A program made the translations under genes and the position numbers. From Geopsychrobacteraceae bacterium (GTDB taxonomy: Bacteria; Desulfobacterota; Desulfuromonadia; Desulfuromonadales; Geopsychrobacteraceae), in NCBI GenBank assembly GCA_963676795.2, contig CAXXTB010000002.1:960001-1024000 (forward strand): a stretch of 64,000 bases of DNA, written 5' to 3'. Below, one piece after another: positions 10,383 to 18,317 of the stretch (its first letter is position 1; each line of letters opens with the position of its first letter). Below the pieces are notes generated by a model. That model was not told the origin of the DNA, made no database searches, and saw only the letters and a program-made list of their open reading frames with translations.

Positions 10383-10600
10383 TGTTCCATGAATATCAAG
10401 CCGGGAAGCGGCTTTGCGATGGCGCGGATCGAGGCGCGCAGCGACGCGTCTGAGCGTGCCGAGACTAGCCGCCCAACAGCTACGCAGAGCACCACGAACA
10501 ATTTTCGTCAGTGATTTCAGACGCTTTTTTGGGTTCCGTTTTCTTTGCCGTCACAAAGAAAATGAACCCGGCTGGCGGGCCGGGACCCGCCGACTTTAGC
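10383..10600. repeat. About 215-bp dispersed structured repeat, copy 1 (copy 2 at 14876-15095)
   Basis: Shared blocks TCAAGCCGGGAA..GGCTTTGCGATGGCGCG, GCGTCTGAGCGTG, GCTACGCAGA, GGTTCCGTTTTCTTTG..ACAAAGAAAATGAACC and GGCGGGCCGGGA.CCGCCGA. Confidence 0.8.
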
Positions 10601-10670
10601 CTTTATTAAACAGACCTTCTCAAGATCAAAACCTCGGGGTCTCGGCCCCGAACGCCATCTGATAAAGAGG

Positions 10671-10728
10671 CAGGGTAGCGAAATGGCTACCCTGTGCAAT
10701 CGCCATTCATTGCATATCCGCTACCCTG
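10671..10728. promoter_or_regulatory. Candidate enhancer (UAS) for the OrpR-like activator
   Basis: Palindrome CAGGGTAGC-N6-GCTACCCTG (10671-10694) plus a second half-site GCTACCCTG (10720-10728), about 85-140 bp upstream of a sigma54 promoter. Confidence 0.6.
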
Positions 10729-10812
10729 TCTCTTTGGGACAGACCCTGTTATCTGAGAATATCTTCAGCAAATACAATGAGTTGAAATTGTTTTTTGAGG
10801 TTTTCTGAAACT

Positions 10813-10828
10813 TGGCTCGCTCTATGCT
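10813..10828 (+). promoter_or_regulatory. Sigma54 (-24/-12) promoter of the orp-type operon
   Basis: TGGCTCGCTCTATGCT: GG-N10-GC, 54 bp before the ATG at 10882. Confidence 0.75.
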
Positions 10829-10881
10829 TTTTCAAATAGCTGAAGAGAGCTGAAGAGAGCTGAAAGGAGCTGACAGGTTTT

Positions 10882-11478
10882 ATGAAAACCGCATTTTCAT
10901 ATTGGAACAAGCGCATCGCTCCGATGTTTGATACGGCACTGCAGGTGCGGCTTGTTGAAGCCGAGGCCGGGAAGGTTGTCGGTGATCAACTCATGACAAT
11001 GTCGGCCTTGTCACCTGCGCAAAGGATTGTCGAGCTGCGGGCCGCTGGGGTCGAATCCCTGGTCTGCGGTGCTGTTTCCAAGGGACTGCGGGGCATGCTG
11101 GTCAGCTATGGAATCCAGGTTGTCCCCTTTGTGGCCGGCGACCTGGATGAAATCGTCGCAGCCTGGATCAATGGCCGGCTGGAGCCTGAAAGTTTTGCCA
11201 TGCCGGGGTGCGGAGGACGCCGCAGGTGTCTGACAGGAGGAACTATGGATAAAAGAGGCTTTGAGCCCGGCCGGGGCGGTAAGGCTGGCCGCGGCGCTGG
11301 AGGCGGTGGCAACCGTCAGTCTGGACGTGGCGCTGGCCGCGCCAGCGGGGGGAGTAGACCTGGATCTGCCGGAATGTGCCGGTGTTTGAGCTGCGGCCAC
11401 GCGGAGCCGCATGAAACTGGTGTGCCGTGCTGGCAGAAAAGCTGTCCGGTCTGCGGCAACGCCATGACCAGGCAATAA
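10882..11478 (+). CDS. NifB/NifX (Di-Nase FeMo-co) family protein with Gly-rich linker and C-terminal Cys motif
   Basis: RIAPMFD..GVESLVCGAVS; C-terminal CRCLSCGH..H..GVPC...CPVCG. Confidence 0.8.
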   Translation: MKTAFSYWNKRIAPMFDTALQVRLVEAEAGKVVGDQLMTMSALSPAQRIVELRAAGVESLVCGAVSKGLRGMLVSYGIQVVPFVAGDLDEIVAAWINGRLEPESFAMPGCGGRRRCLTGGTMDKRGFEPGRGGKAGRGAGGGGNRQSGRGAGRASGGSRPGSAGMCRCLSCGHAEPHETGVPCWQKSCPVCGNAMTRQ

Positions 11479-11583
11479 TCGGGATCGTGCGAGGCGTGAG
11501 ATCCGCCTGTTACGCACGGCATGCCGCAGTGATTGAGTTATTGCGGCGGAATAAACCAATAGAAGAAGGAAAGGAGGTCAGTC

Positions 11584-11910
11584 ATGCCAAGAGGTGACAG
11601 ATCAGGACCAGCGGGACAAGGACCAATGACAGGACGGAGAGCCGGTTTCTGCACGGGAGCCGGAGCCCCTGGATACACGGCCGGGCGCGGTGGCGGTTTC
11701 TGGGGCGGCGGTTTCAACTGTGGAGGCGGCCGTGGCCGGCGCAACATGTTTTACGCAACCGGCCGGCCGGGGTGGCAGCGCAACGATGCCCCGCCAGTGG
11801 CCAACGGGGCTGGAGATGAGAAAAACTGGCTGAAGAATCAGGCTGACGCCCTGCAGACGGAACTGCGTTCCATCGAGCGGCGCCTCAAGGACCTCGAATC
11901 TGCTGAATAA
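11584..11910 (+). CDS. DUF5320-type Gly/Arg-rich protein of orp clusters
   Basis: MPRGDRSGPAGQGPMTGRRAGFC N-terminus, GRGRRNMFYATG, C-terminal coiled coil; GGAGG RBS. Confidence 0.8.
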   Translation: MPRGDRSGPAGQGPMTGRRAGFCTGAGAPGYTAGRGGGFWGGGFNCGGGRGRRNMFYATGRPGWQRNDAPPVANGAGDEKNWLKNQADALQTELRSIERRLKDLESAE

Positions 11911-12014
11911 GCAGAAGGCGCCGGGTTTGTAATTCTAGGTTTGCCGTAACAGGATACACAACCGGCTACGGCATACGCCCCCGTTAGCGGATGGCTCCAT
12001 TGCTCCATCTGCTG

Positions 12015-12072
12015 GGAGGCTGTCGGGCTTACATGGATCTGCTGCAAAACCATGTAAAGCCCGACAGCCTCC
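12015..12072. repeat. Short inverted repeat (REP/MITE-like)
   Basis: GGAGGCTGTCGGGCTTACATGG ... CCATGTAAAGCCCGACAGCCTCC. Confidence 0.55.
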
Positions 12073-12112
12073 TCTTGGAGGGGCTTTATTTTGATTGAGA
12101 GGACTTGGAACG

Positions 12113-12475
12113 ATGAAGATTGCATTTACGACTGCGGGGGAGGATCTGCAGGCAGCCCTCGACCGCCGTTTTGGCCGGGCTCCCGGTTTCCTGGTTGTCG
12201 ATACGGCAACCGAAAGCTGTGAATATGTTGCCAATACCCAGAACCTGAATGCTGCCCAGGGGGCAGGTATTCAGTCGGGGCAAACCATTGCCCGGCTTGG
12301 GGTGGAGGCGTTGGTCTCCGGTCATGTCGGGCCGAAGGCCTTCCGGGTCCTGTCTGCCGCCGGCGTCAGGATCTACAACACAGAGGCCGCAACGGTTGGT
12401 GAGGCGCTTGAACTGTTACGCAGCGGCCAGCTGGCTGAGGCGGATTCAGCGGATGTCGAGAGTCACTGGGTCTAG
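12113..12475 (+). CDS. Orange protein (ORP)-like NifB/NifX family protein
   Basis: MKIAFT...DRRFGRAPGF, AAQGAGIQ, GHVGPKAF and ADVESHW motifs; start moved to ATG 12113. Confidence 0.85.
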   Translation: MKIAFTTAGEDLQAALDRRFGRAPGFLVVDTATESCEYVANTQNLNAAQGAGIQSGQTIARLGVEALVSGHVGPKAFRVLSAAGVRIYNTEAATVGEALELLRSGQLAEADSADVESHWV

Positions 12476-12524
12476 CCACAGCGGCTGACCCGGCCGTTTA
12501 ACAAGCTTGATAGAGGTTGTGGAA

Positions 12525-13385
12525 ATGAATATTGCAATAGCTTCGGGAAAAGGCGGGACAGGCAAGACGACCGTTTCCGTGAACCTGGCAAAGGTCTACG
12601 GCGCTGAGGTGCAGCTGCTTGATTGTGACGTGGAGGAGCCAAACGCCCATCTGTTTCTGCAGGGAAAGCCTGTAGGGGAGAACGTTGTCAACATGCTTGT
12701 TCCGGAGGTTGATGCGGCGTTGTGCAATGGCTGTGGCATCTGCGGCCGTTTTTGTGAATTCAACGCGATCGTCTCCTTCGGGACTTCGCCGCTGCTCTTT
12801 CCGGAACTCTGCCATGGCTGTGGTGGCTGTGTCATGGTCTGTCCGCAGGATGCCCTGCACGAAATTGAAAAACGTATCGGGGTGGTCGAAGAGTCCCGGG
12901 CGGGACATATCTCTCTGATTCGGGGATTGCTCGATATCGGTGTCGCGATGGCGCCACCACTGATCAAGCAGGTGAAAAAGCGTCAGCAGGACGGTGTCCT
13001 GACGATTCTGGATGCTCCTCCAGGAACCTCCTGCCCGGTGATTGCGACCATCAAGGATGTTGATTTTGTCGTGCTGGTCACCGAACCGACCCCCTTTGGT
13101 CTCAATGACCTGACCCTGGCCGTGGCTATGGTCCGCGACCTGGATCTGCCCTTTGGCGTTGTGGTCAACCGCATGGGGATGGGTGACGACCGGATCCAGC
13201 GTTTCTGTGAGCAGGAGGAGATCCCGATCCTGCTCGAGATCCCCGAGGACCGGCAGATTGCCGAAGCCTATTCGCGCGGAGAACTGCTGGTCGATGTCCT
13301 GCCACAATACCGGGAACTGTTTCACGGGCTGATCGAGAAGCTTATCAATCTTAAAAATGTTGAAGCTCAGGTCTGTTGCTGCTGA
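12525..13385 (+). CDS. MinD/ParA-like P-loop ATPase with 2x[4Fe-4S] ferredoxin insert
   Basis: IASGKGGTGKTT, DCDVEEPN, CNGCGICGRFC, CHGCGGCVMVCP, DAPPGTSCP, VTEPTPFG. Confidence 0.88.
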   Translation: MNIAIASGKGGTGKTTVSVNLAKVYGAEVQLLDCDVEEPNAHLFLQGKPVGENVVNMLVPEVDAALCNGCGICGRFCEFNAIVSFGTSPLLFPELCHGCGGCVMVCPQDALHEIEKRIGVVEESRAGHISLIRGLLDIGVAMAPPLIKQVKKRQQDGVLTILDAPPGTSCPVIATIKDVDFVVLVTEPTPFGLNDLTLAVAMVRDLDLPFGVVVNRMGMGDDRIQRFCEQEEIPILLEIPEDRQIAEAYSRGELLVDVLPQYRELFHGLIEKLINLKNVEAQVCCC

Positions 13386-13491
13386 TCCCTGTGAGAACCC
13401 TGTTCCTGCCTCTGTGATCAGCACGGCAGTTGATGAGCGGGCCTCTGGCAGGACAGAGCTGGAATGCACAACTATAAAGGATGAACTTGAA

Positions 13492-14370
13492 ATGAAGGAA
13501 CTTGTCATTATCAGCGGCAAGGGCGGAACCGGCAAAACCAGCGTGACCGCATCGTTTGCCGCGCTTGCGGAGAAGCCGGTGCTGGCCGATTGCGACGTGG
13601 ATGCCGCGGATCTGTTTCTGGTGCTTTCACCTGACATTGTCGAGCGTCACGACTTCTACAGCGGCCATGAAGCGGTCATCCGCGCTGAGCAGTGCAGTAG
13701 CTGCGGAACCTGCAAAGAATTCTGTCGCTTTGATGCCATCAGAATCGACCGGACAGCTGCAAAACCTGTGTATTCGGTTGACCCGGTGTCCTGTGAAGGC
13801 TGTGGCGTCTGTGTTGAATTCTGTCCTGAAAAGGCGATCGATTTTCCCGAGCGGCTCTGCGGTGAATGGATGGTCTCGGAAACGCGTTGCGGAACGATGG
13901 TTCATGCCAAGCTGGGGGTCGCGGCAGAGAATTCGGGGAAACTGGTTGCGACCGTACGCAAAGAAGCTCAGCTGGCACTGCTCAACAGTGACAGCTCATT
14001 GATCATTGTTGACGGCCCTCCCGGTATCGGCTGTCCGGTCATCGCTTCACTCTCCGGGGCGACCCTGGTTCTGGTCGTCACCGAGCCGACCCTCTCCGGC
14101 GAACACGATATGGAACGCGTTATGGCCCTGGCCGGTCATTTCAAACTGCCTGTCGCGGTCTGTGTCAACAAGTGGGACCTGAATCCCGACGTGACGCAGC
14201 GCATCGAAGCCAAGGCTTTGCAGGCCGGAGCAACCCTGGCCGGGCGAATTCGTTACGATCGTCAGGTCTCTGTGGCTCAGATGCAGAAACTGGCCGTCGT
14301 TGAAACCGACGCCCCCAGCGCGGAGGATTTACGCGGGGTCTGGAACCGGGTTCAGGCCATCCTGAACTGA
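13492..14370 (+). CDS. Second MinD/ParA-like P-loop ATPase with 2x[4Fe-4S] insert
   Basis: MKELVIISGKGGTGKTS, DCDVDAADL, CSSCGTCKEFC, CEGCGVCVEFCP, ENSGKLV, DGPPGIGCP. Confidence 0.88.
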   Translation: MKELVIISGKGGTGKTSVTASFAALAEKPVLADCDVDAADLFLVLSPDIVERHDFYSGHEAVIRAEQCSSCGTCKEFCRFDAIRIDRTAAKPVYSVDPVSCEGCGVCVEFCPEKAIDFPERLCGEWMVSETRCGTMVHAKLGVAAENSGKLVATVRKEAQLALLNSDSSLIIVDGPPGIGCPVIASLSGATLVLVVTEPTLSGEHDMERVMALAGHFKLPVAVCVNKWDLNPDVTQRIEAKALQAGATLAGRIRYDRQVSVAQMQKLAVVETDAPSAEDLRGVWNRVQAILN

Positions 14371-14444
14371 TGATGCAACGAATGAGTGCCGCAGGGACTG
14401 ATTGTTATGCGGTGTCTTTAATCACCAAAAGGAGAACATAAAAG

Positions 14445-14786
14445 ATGAGAAAAATTGCAATCCCCATGGCCGAAGGCCGACTGTCCATGCATTTTGGCCA
14501 CTGTGCTGAGTTTGCGCTGATCGACATCAACATGGCTGAGAAGAAGATCCTCAAGGTTGAGAGCATTGCTGCTCCGCCACATGAACCGGGCCTGCTGCCG
14601 AAGTACCTGAGCGAGCAGGGTGCCAACATGATTATCGCCGGCGGCATGGGCCAGCGTGCACAGGGGCTGTTTCTGCAGAACGGTATCGATGTTGTTGTCG
14701 GTGCTCCGGCTGAGACACCGGAAGCCTTGGTTACCAGCTACATGGCCGGTACTCTGCAGTCCGGCGTCAATATGTGCGATCACTGA
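14445..14786 (+). CDS. NifB/NifX family protein
   Basis: KIAIP...SMHFGHC, PPHEPG, AGGMGQRA, C-terminal NMCDH. Confidence 0.85.
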   Translation: MRKIAIPMAEGRLSMHFGHCAEFALIDINMAEKKILKVESIAAPPHEPGLLPKYLSEQGANMIIAGGMGQRAQGLFLQNGIDVVVGAPAETPEALVTSYMAGTLQSGVNMCDH

Positions 14787-14798
14787 TCTCAACTGACA

Positions 14799-14860
14799 AC
14801 TCCCCATGGATGAGCATTGCTCATCCATGGGGAGTATTGCTCATCCATGGGGAGTATTGC
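14799..14860. repeat. 37-bp palindrome (18-bp perfect arms) plus tandem duplication of its 20-bp right arm
   Basis: ACTCCCCATGGATGAGCA-T-TGCTCATCCATGGGGAGT (14799-14835); ATTGCTCATCCATGGGGAGT at 14816-14835 and 14836-14855. Confidence 0.85.
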
Positions 14861-14875
14861 AGCAACACCTTTGTT

Positions 14876-15095
14876 TGTTCCATGCCATCAAGCCGGGAAC
14901 CGGCTTTGCGATGGCGCGAATCGTGGCGCACAGCGCCGCGTCTGAGCGTGAAGAGAGTTGCAGCCCAAAGGCTACGCAGAACGCCAGCTACAAACTACGT
15001 CAGTGTTTTTACAGGCGCTTTCTTTTGGTTCCGTTTTCTTTGTCGCGACAAAGAAAATGAACCTGGCAGGCGGGCCGGGATCCGCCGATTTTGCC
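14876..15095. repeat. Dispersed structured repeat, copy 2
   Basis: Diverged copy of 10383-10600 in the same orientation. Confidence 0.8.
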
Positions 15096-15236
15096 TTTTC
15101 CAGAGTCTGAAAATTCTTAAGACCAGACAGGAGAATCCACTATCGACTCCGGGCCCGATTGTTTGTCTTTATGATTGCAATTATCAGCGGCAATCGACTA
15201 TGTTCCGTGTCTATGCACAAAAGAAGGAGTTGGCGA

Positions 15237-16436
15237 ATGGATTACGAAGCAGCGCAGCAGCTGTCCGAGACTGTCAAAGAACACGCCGAGCGCCCGAGAA
15301 ATTACGGCCCTCTTAAAAAATATAATGCCCATCATCGCTGGACCGGCCCCTGCGGCGATACCATGGAGTACTGGTTGCAGATCGAGGCGGGCAGGGTTGT
15401 CGATCTTGGTTTTATCACCGATGGCTGTGAAACTTCGATCGCCAGCGGCAGTATGACAGGGACGATGGCCGCCGGGAGGAGTGTCGAGCAGGTTATGCAG
15501 ATGGATCCTCTCGAAATTTACGAAGCTCTGGATGGCCTCCCCGACGAATTTCAGCACTGTATTTTGCTTGCCCTGACCACCGTGCAGGACGCCTGTGAGG
15601 TCTATCTGACAGAGCAGGAAGAGCTGAAGGCCAGGCAGACTGAACCGCTCAGCGAAGAGCAGCGGCTCAAGCAACGGATGGGGCAGATCCGGCACAAGAT
15701 CGCTGTCTTCTCCGGCAAGGGCGGGGTCGGCAAGAGTACCGTCGCCGTCAATCTGGCCAGCAGTCTTGCCCTGGAAGGATATAAGGTCGGTCTGCTCGAC
15801 AGCGATATCCATGGCCCCAGCGTTCCGACCATGCTCGGTCTCGAAGGGGTGCCCCTGGAAATGGATGAGGACGGGGTTTTACCGCTTGAAGTTGACGGCA
15901 TCAAGGTCATGTCGCTGGGACTGATGCTGGAGAGCCAGGACGACGCCGTGATCTGGCGCGGACCACGCAAACTGGCCGTGATCAAGCAGTTTGTCAGTGA
16001 GGTCGCCTGGGGAGAACTCGACTACCTGATCATCGATTCCCCTCCCGGGACAGGTGATGAGCCGCTGGCCGTCTGTCAGACCCTGAACGATCTGGATGGT
16101 GCGGTGATCGTCACCACGCCGCAGAAGGTCGCCGCCGTCGATGTGCGTAAATCAATCTCTTTCTGTCGCCAGTTGAATGTCCCGGTTCTCGGCGTTGTTG
16201 AGAATATGAGCGGCTATGTCTGTCCCAAGTGCGGGGATGTTACCCAGATTCTGGCCGGCGGAGCAGGGCAGCGGATCGCCGAGGATATGCAGGTTCCTTT
16301 CCTTGGTGCTGTGCCAATCGATCCGCAGGTTGCCCTGGCCGGGGACAGTGGCCAGTCTTTCGTGCGTTACTTTGCTGACAGTCCGACCGCTGCGATTCTG
16401 CGTGACCTGTTTGCTCCCCTGTTAAGGTTGGGCTGA
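15237..16436 (+). CDS. apbC: IscU/NifU-N scaffold domain fused to Mrp/ApbC/NBP35 Fe-S carrier ATPase
   Basis: N-terminal GPCGD, DGC..SIASGS, QHC (three IscU Cys); then SGKGGVGKST, DSDIHGPS, WRGP, DSPPGTGDE, ENMS..CPKC; start at 15237 after AAGGAG. Confidence 0.85.
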   Translation: MDYEAAQQLSETVKEHAERPRNYGPLKKYNAHHRWTGPCGDTMEYWLQIEAGRVVDLGFITDGCETSIASGSMTGTMAAGRSVEQVMQMDPLEIYEALDGLPDEFQHCILLALTTVQDACEVYLTEQEELKARQTEPLSEEQRLKQRMGQIRHKIAVFSGKGGVGKSTVAVNLASSLALEGYKVGLLDSDIHGPSVPTMLGLEGVPLEMDEDGVLPLEVDGIKVMSLGLMLESQDDAVIWRGPRKLAVIKQFVSEVAWGELDYLIIDSPPGTGDEPLAVCQTLNDLDGAVIVTTPQKVAAVDVRKSISFCRQLNVPVLGVVENMSGYVCPKCGDVTQILAGGAGQRIAEDMQVPFLGAVPIDPQVALAGDSGQSFVRYFADSPTAAILRDLFAPLLRLG

Positions 16437-16467
16437 GTGTTTTAACCTGCTTTCATTCTGTTTTTAT

Positions 16468-16499
16468 ACGGGCATCCGTTACTCGGGTGCCCGTTTTTT
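16468..16499 (+). terminator. Rho-independent terminator
   Basis: ACGGGCATCCG-ttact-CGGGTGCCCGT followed by a T-run. Confidence 0.75.
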
Positions 16500-16666
16500 G
16501 TTTGCCTGACTTTGCGTCATCCTTCCCCTCCTGGGCCATTTTCCCCGATTCAGACAAGAATATTGCTGCCAAATCGGATAAAAAATGAGAGATGGTGATA
16601 TACTGAATACCGGCAAAAAACAGTAGTTACCGTCATATTCTTCTCAAATGGCAAAGGAGCAATTCT

Positions 16667-18013
16667 ATGAAATCAGATGTCCTTGTTATCGGTAGCAGTG
16701 CTGCCGGTCTGGTTGCCGCAACAACAGCGAAACGCTGCTACCCCGAAAAAAAGGTTGTGGTTGTCTCACGGCAGCCCAAGACCCTGGTCCCCTGTGGTAT
16801 CCCCTATCTGTTTGGTGCACTCGCGAAGACCGATAACGATATCATGCCGGTCGACAAGATGTTTGCCGGGCTGGGGATCGAGTTGATCACCGGTGAAGTG
16901 GAGAGTGTCGACAGGGAGGCTCGTCAGGTCACCCTGGCTGACGGCAAAAACATCGCTTACGAGCGGCTGGTGCTGGGGACCGGTTCTCTGCCGCGCCAGG
17001 CGACCTTTATCGCCGGGGCTGAGCTGAAAAACGTCTTTTATGTGCCAAAGGACAAGGTCTATCTCGATGGTGTTCTGCAGCAATTGGAGAATTGTCAAAA
17101 AATTGCGGTCATCGGAGCCGGTTTTATCGGTGTAGAAGTGGCCGATGAGCTGGCCCAGAACGACAAGCAGGTGACCCTGATCGAACGGTTGCCGACCATT
17201 CTGCCGCTTGCTTTTGATGTCGACGTTGCCAGCCGGGTTGAGCAACTGCTCGCCGAGCGGGGTGTTAGCGTCCGTACTGATGTCGAGGTTGAGCATATCG
17301 GTGGCAGCTCTGCTGTCGACGGGGTCTTCCTGCGCGACGGCAGCAAGATCGAGGCGGATGCGGTGATTATGGCGGTTGGTTATCGTCCTGAAGTTCAACT
17401 GGCGCAGGATGCCGGGTTGCCCATCTCGCCGCTCGGATTCATCCGGGTTGACGAATATATGCGCACCGAAGATCCCCATATCTTCGCTGTAGGAGACTGT
17501 GCCGAAAAGCGCGACTTTGTCACCCGCAAGCCGGTCATGACCATGCTCGCCTCAACCGCCTGTGCCGAAGCGCGTATCGCAGGGATGAACCTGTTCGGCC
17601 TGTCGGCGATCAAAACCTTCAACGGGACGATCTCGATCTTTTCGACGGCAATTGGCACCACCGGGATCGGTATCGCCGGGTTGACCGAAAAGATTGCCGC
17701 AGAAGAAAACTTCATTTACGTGACCGGTGCTTTTGAAGGGATCGATCATCATCCCGGCACCCTGGCCGGGACCCACAAACAGTACGTCAAGCTGGTTGTC
17801 GGCAAGGAGTCCGGCGTCATTCTCGGTGGTGAAGTCTATGGCGGGCTGTCGGTCGGTGAGCTGATCAACACCATAGGTATCATCATCCAGAGCCGGATGA
17901 CCGTCAACGGGCTGCTGACCGCCCAGCTCGGAACCCATCCGCTGCTGACGGCATCGCCGGCAGGCTATCCGCTTGTGAAGGCCGCCGAAGATGCGGCTAT
18001 CAAGATGAGATAG
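16667..18013 (+). CDS. FAD-dependent pyridine nucleotide-disulfide oxidoreductase (CoA-disulfide reductase/NADH oxidase family)
   Basis: VIGSSAAG, single-Cys VPCGIPY, IGAGFIGVE, IFAVGDCAE, dimerisation domain THPLLT. Confidence 0.85.
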   Translation: MKSDVLVIGSSAAGLVAATTAKRCYPEKKVVVVSRQPKTLVPCGIPYLFGALAKTDNDIMPVDKMFAGLGIELITGEVESVDREARQVTLADGKNIAYERLVLGTGSLPRQATFIAGAELKNVFYVPKDKVYLDGVLQQLENCQKIAVIGAGFIGVEVADELAQNDKQVTLIERLPTILPLAFDVDVASRVEQLLAERGVSVRTDVEVEHIGGSSAVDGVFLRDGSKIEADAVIMAVGYRPEVQLAQDAGLPISPLGFIRVDEYMRTEDPHIFAVGDCAEKRDFVTRKPVMTMLASTACAEARIAGMNLFGLSAIKTFNGTISIFSTAIGTTGIGIAGLTEKIAAEENFIYVTGAFEGIDHHPGTLAGTHKQYVKLVVGKESGVILGGEVYGGLSVGELINTIGIIIQSRMTVNGLLTAQLGTHPLLTASPAGYPLVKAAEDAAIKMR

Positions 18014-18074
18014 GCCCACCGGTGATTCTGTTCACACAGGATTGATTTTTTTAATGATTTATTTTGATGGTTAT

Positions 18075-18101
18075 AAGCCCCAAACATCTTTGGGGCTTTT
18101 T
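18075..18101 (+). terminator. Rho-independent terminator
   Basis: AAGCCCCAAA-catc-TTTGGGGCTT followed by TTT. Confidence 0.65.
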
Positions 18102-18317
18102 CTGTCTTATGCCTGCTATGTCATATCGATTGTCCTGCTTTTCTAATGGCCGTCTGTGCTTTCGAACAGAGGGGTCTTTAAGTTGTTGAATTGTCGTTAT
18201 TTATAATGTTTCTTTTGTTGTCTTGTCATATGATCTGTGATAATTTTCGATGTTTTTGAAATGGAGAAGAGGGCTCCCGGTGGCTGTTGGTTCCTGAAAT
18301 TATTAAGTTGAGTCATT

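Noticed and set aside
13371..13395. Possible Sec readthrough after ...VCCC-TGA of the first ATPase
   Set aside because: Another in-frame TGA follows after two codons, there is no SECIS-like hairpin, and the protein is already full length.
14799..14860. Possible mini CRISPR array
   Set aside because: The repeats are directly adjacent with no spacers, and there are no cas genes.
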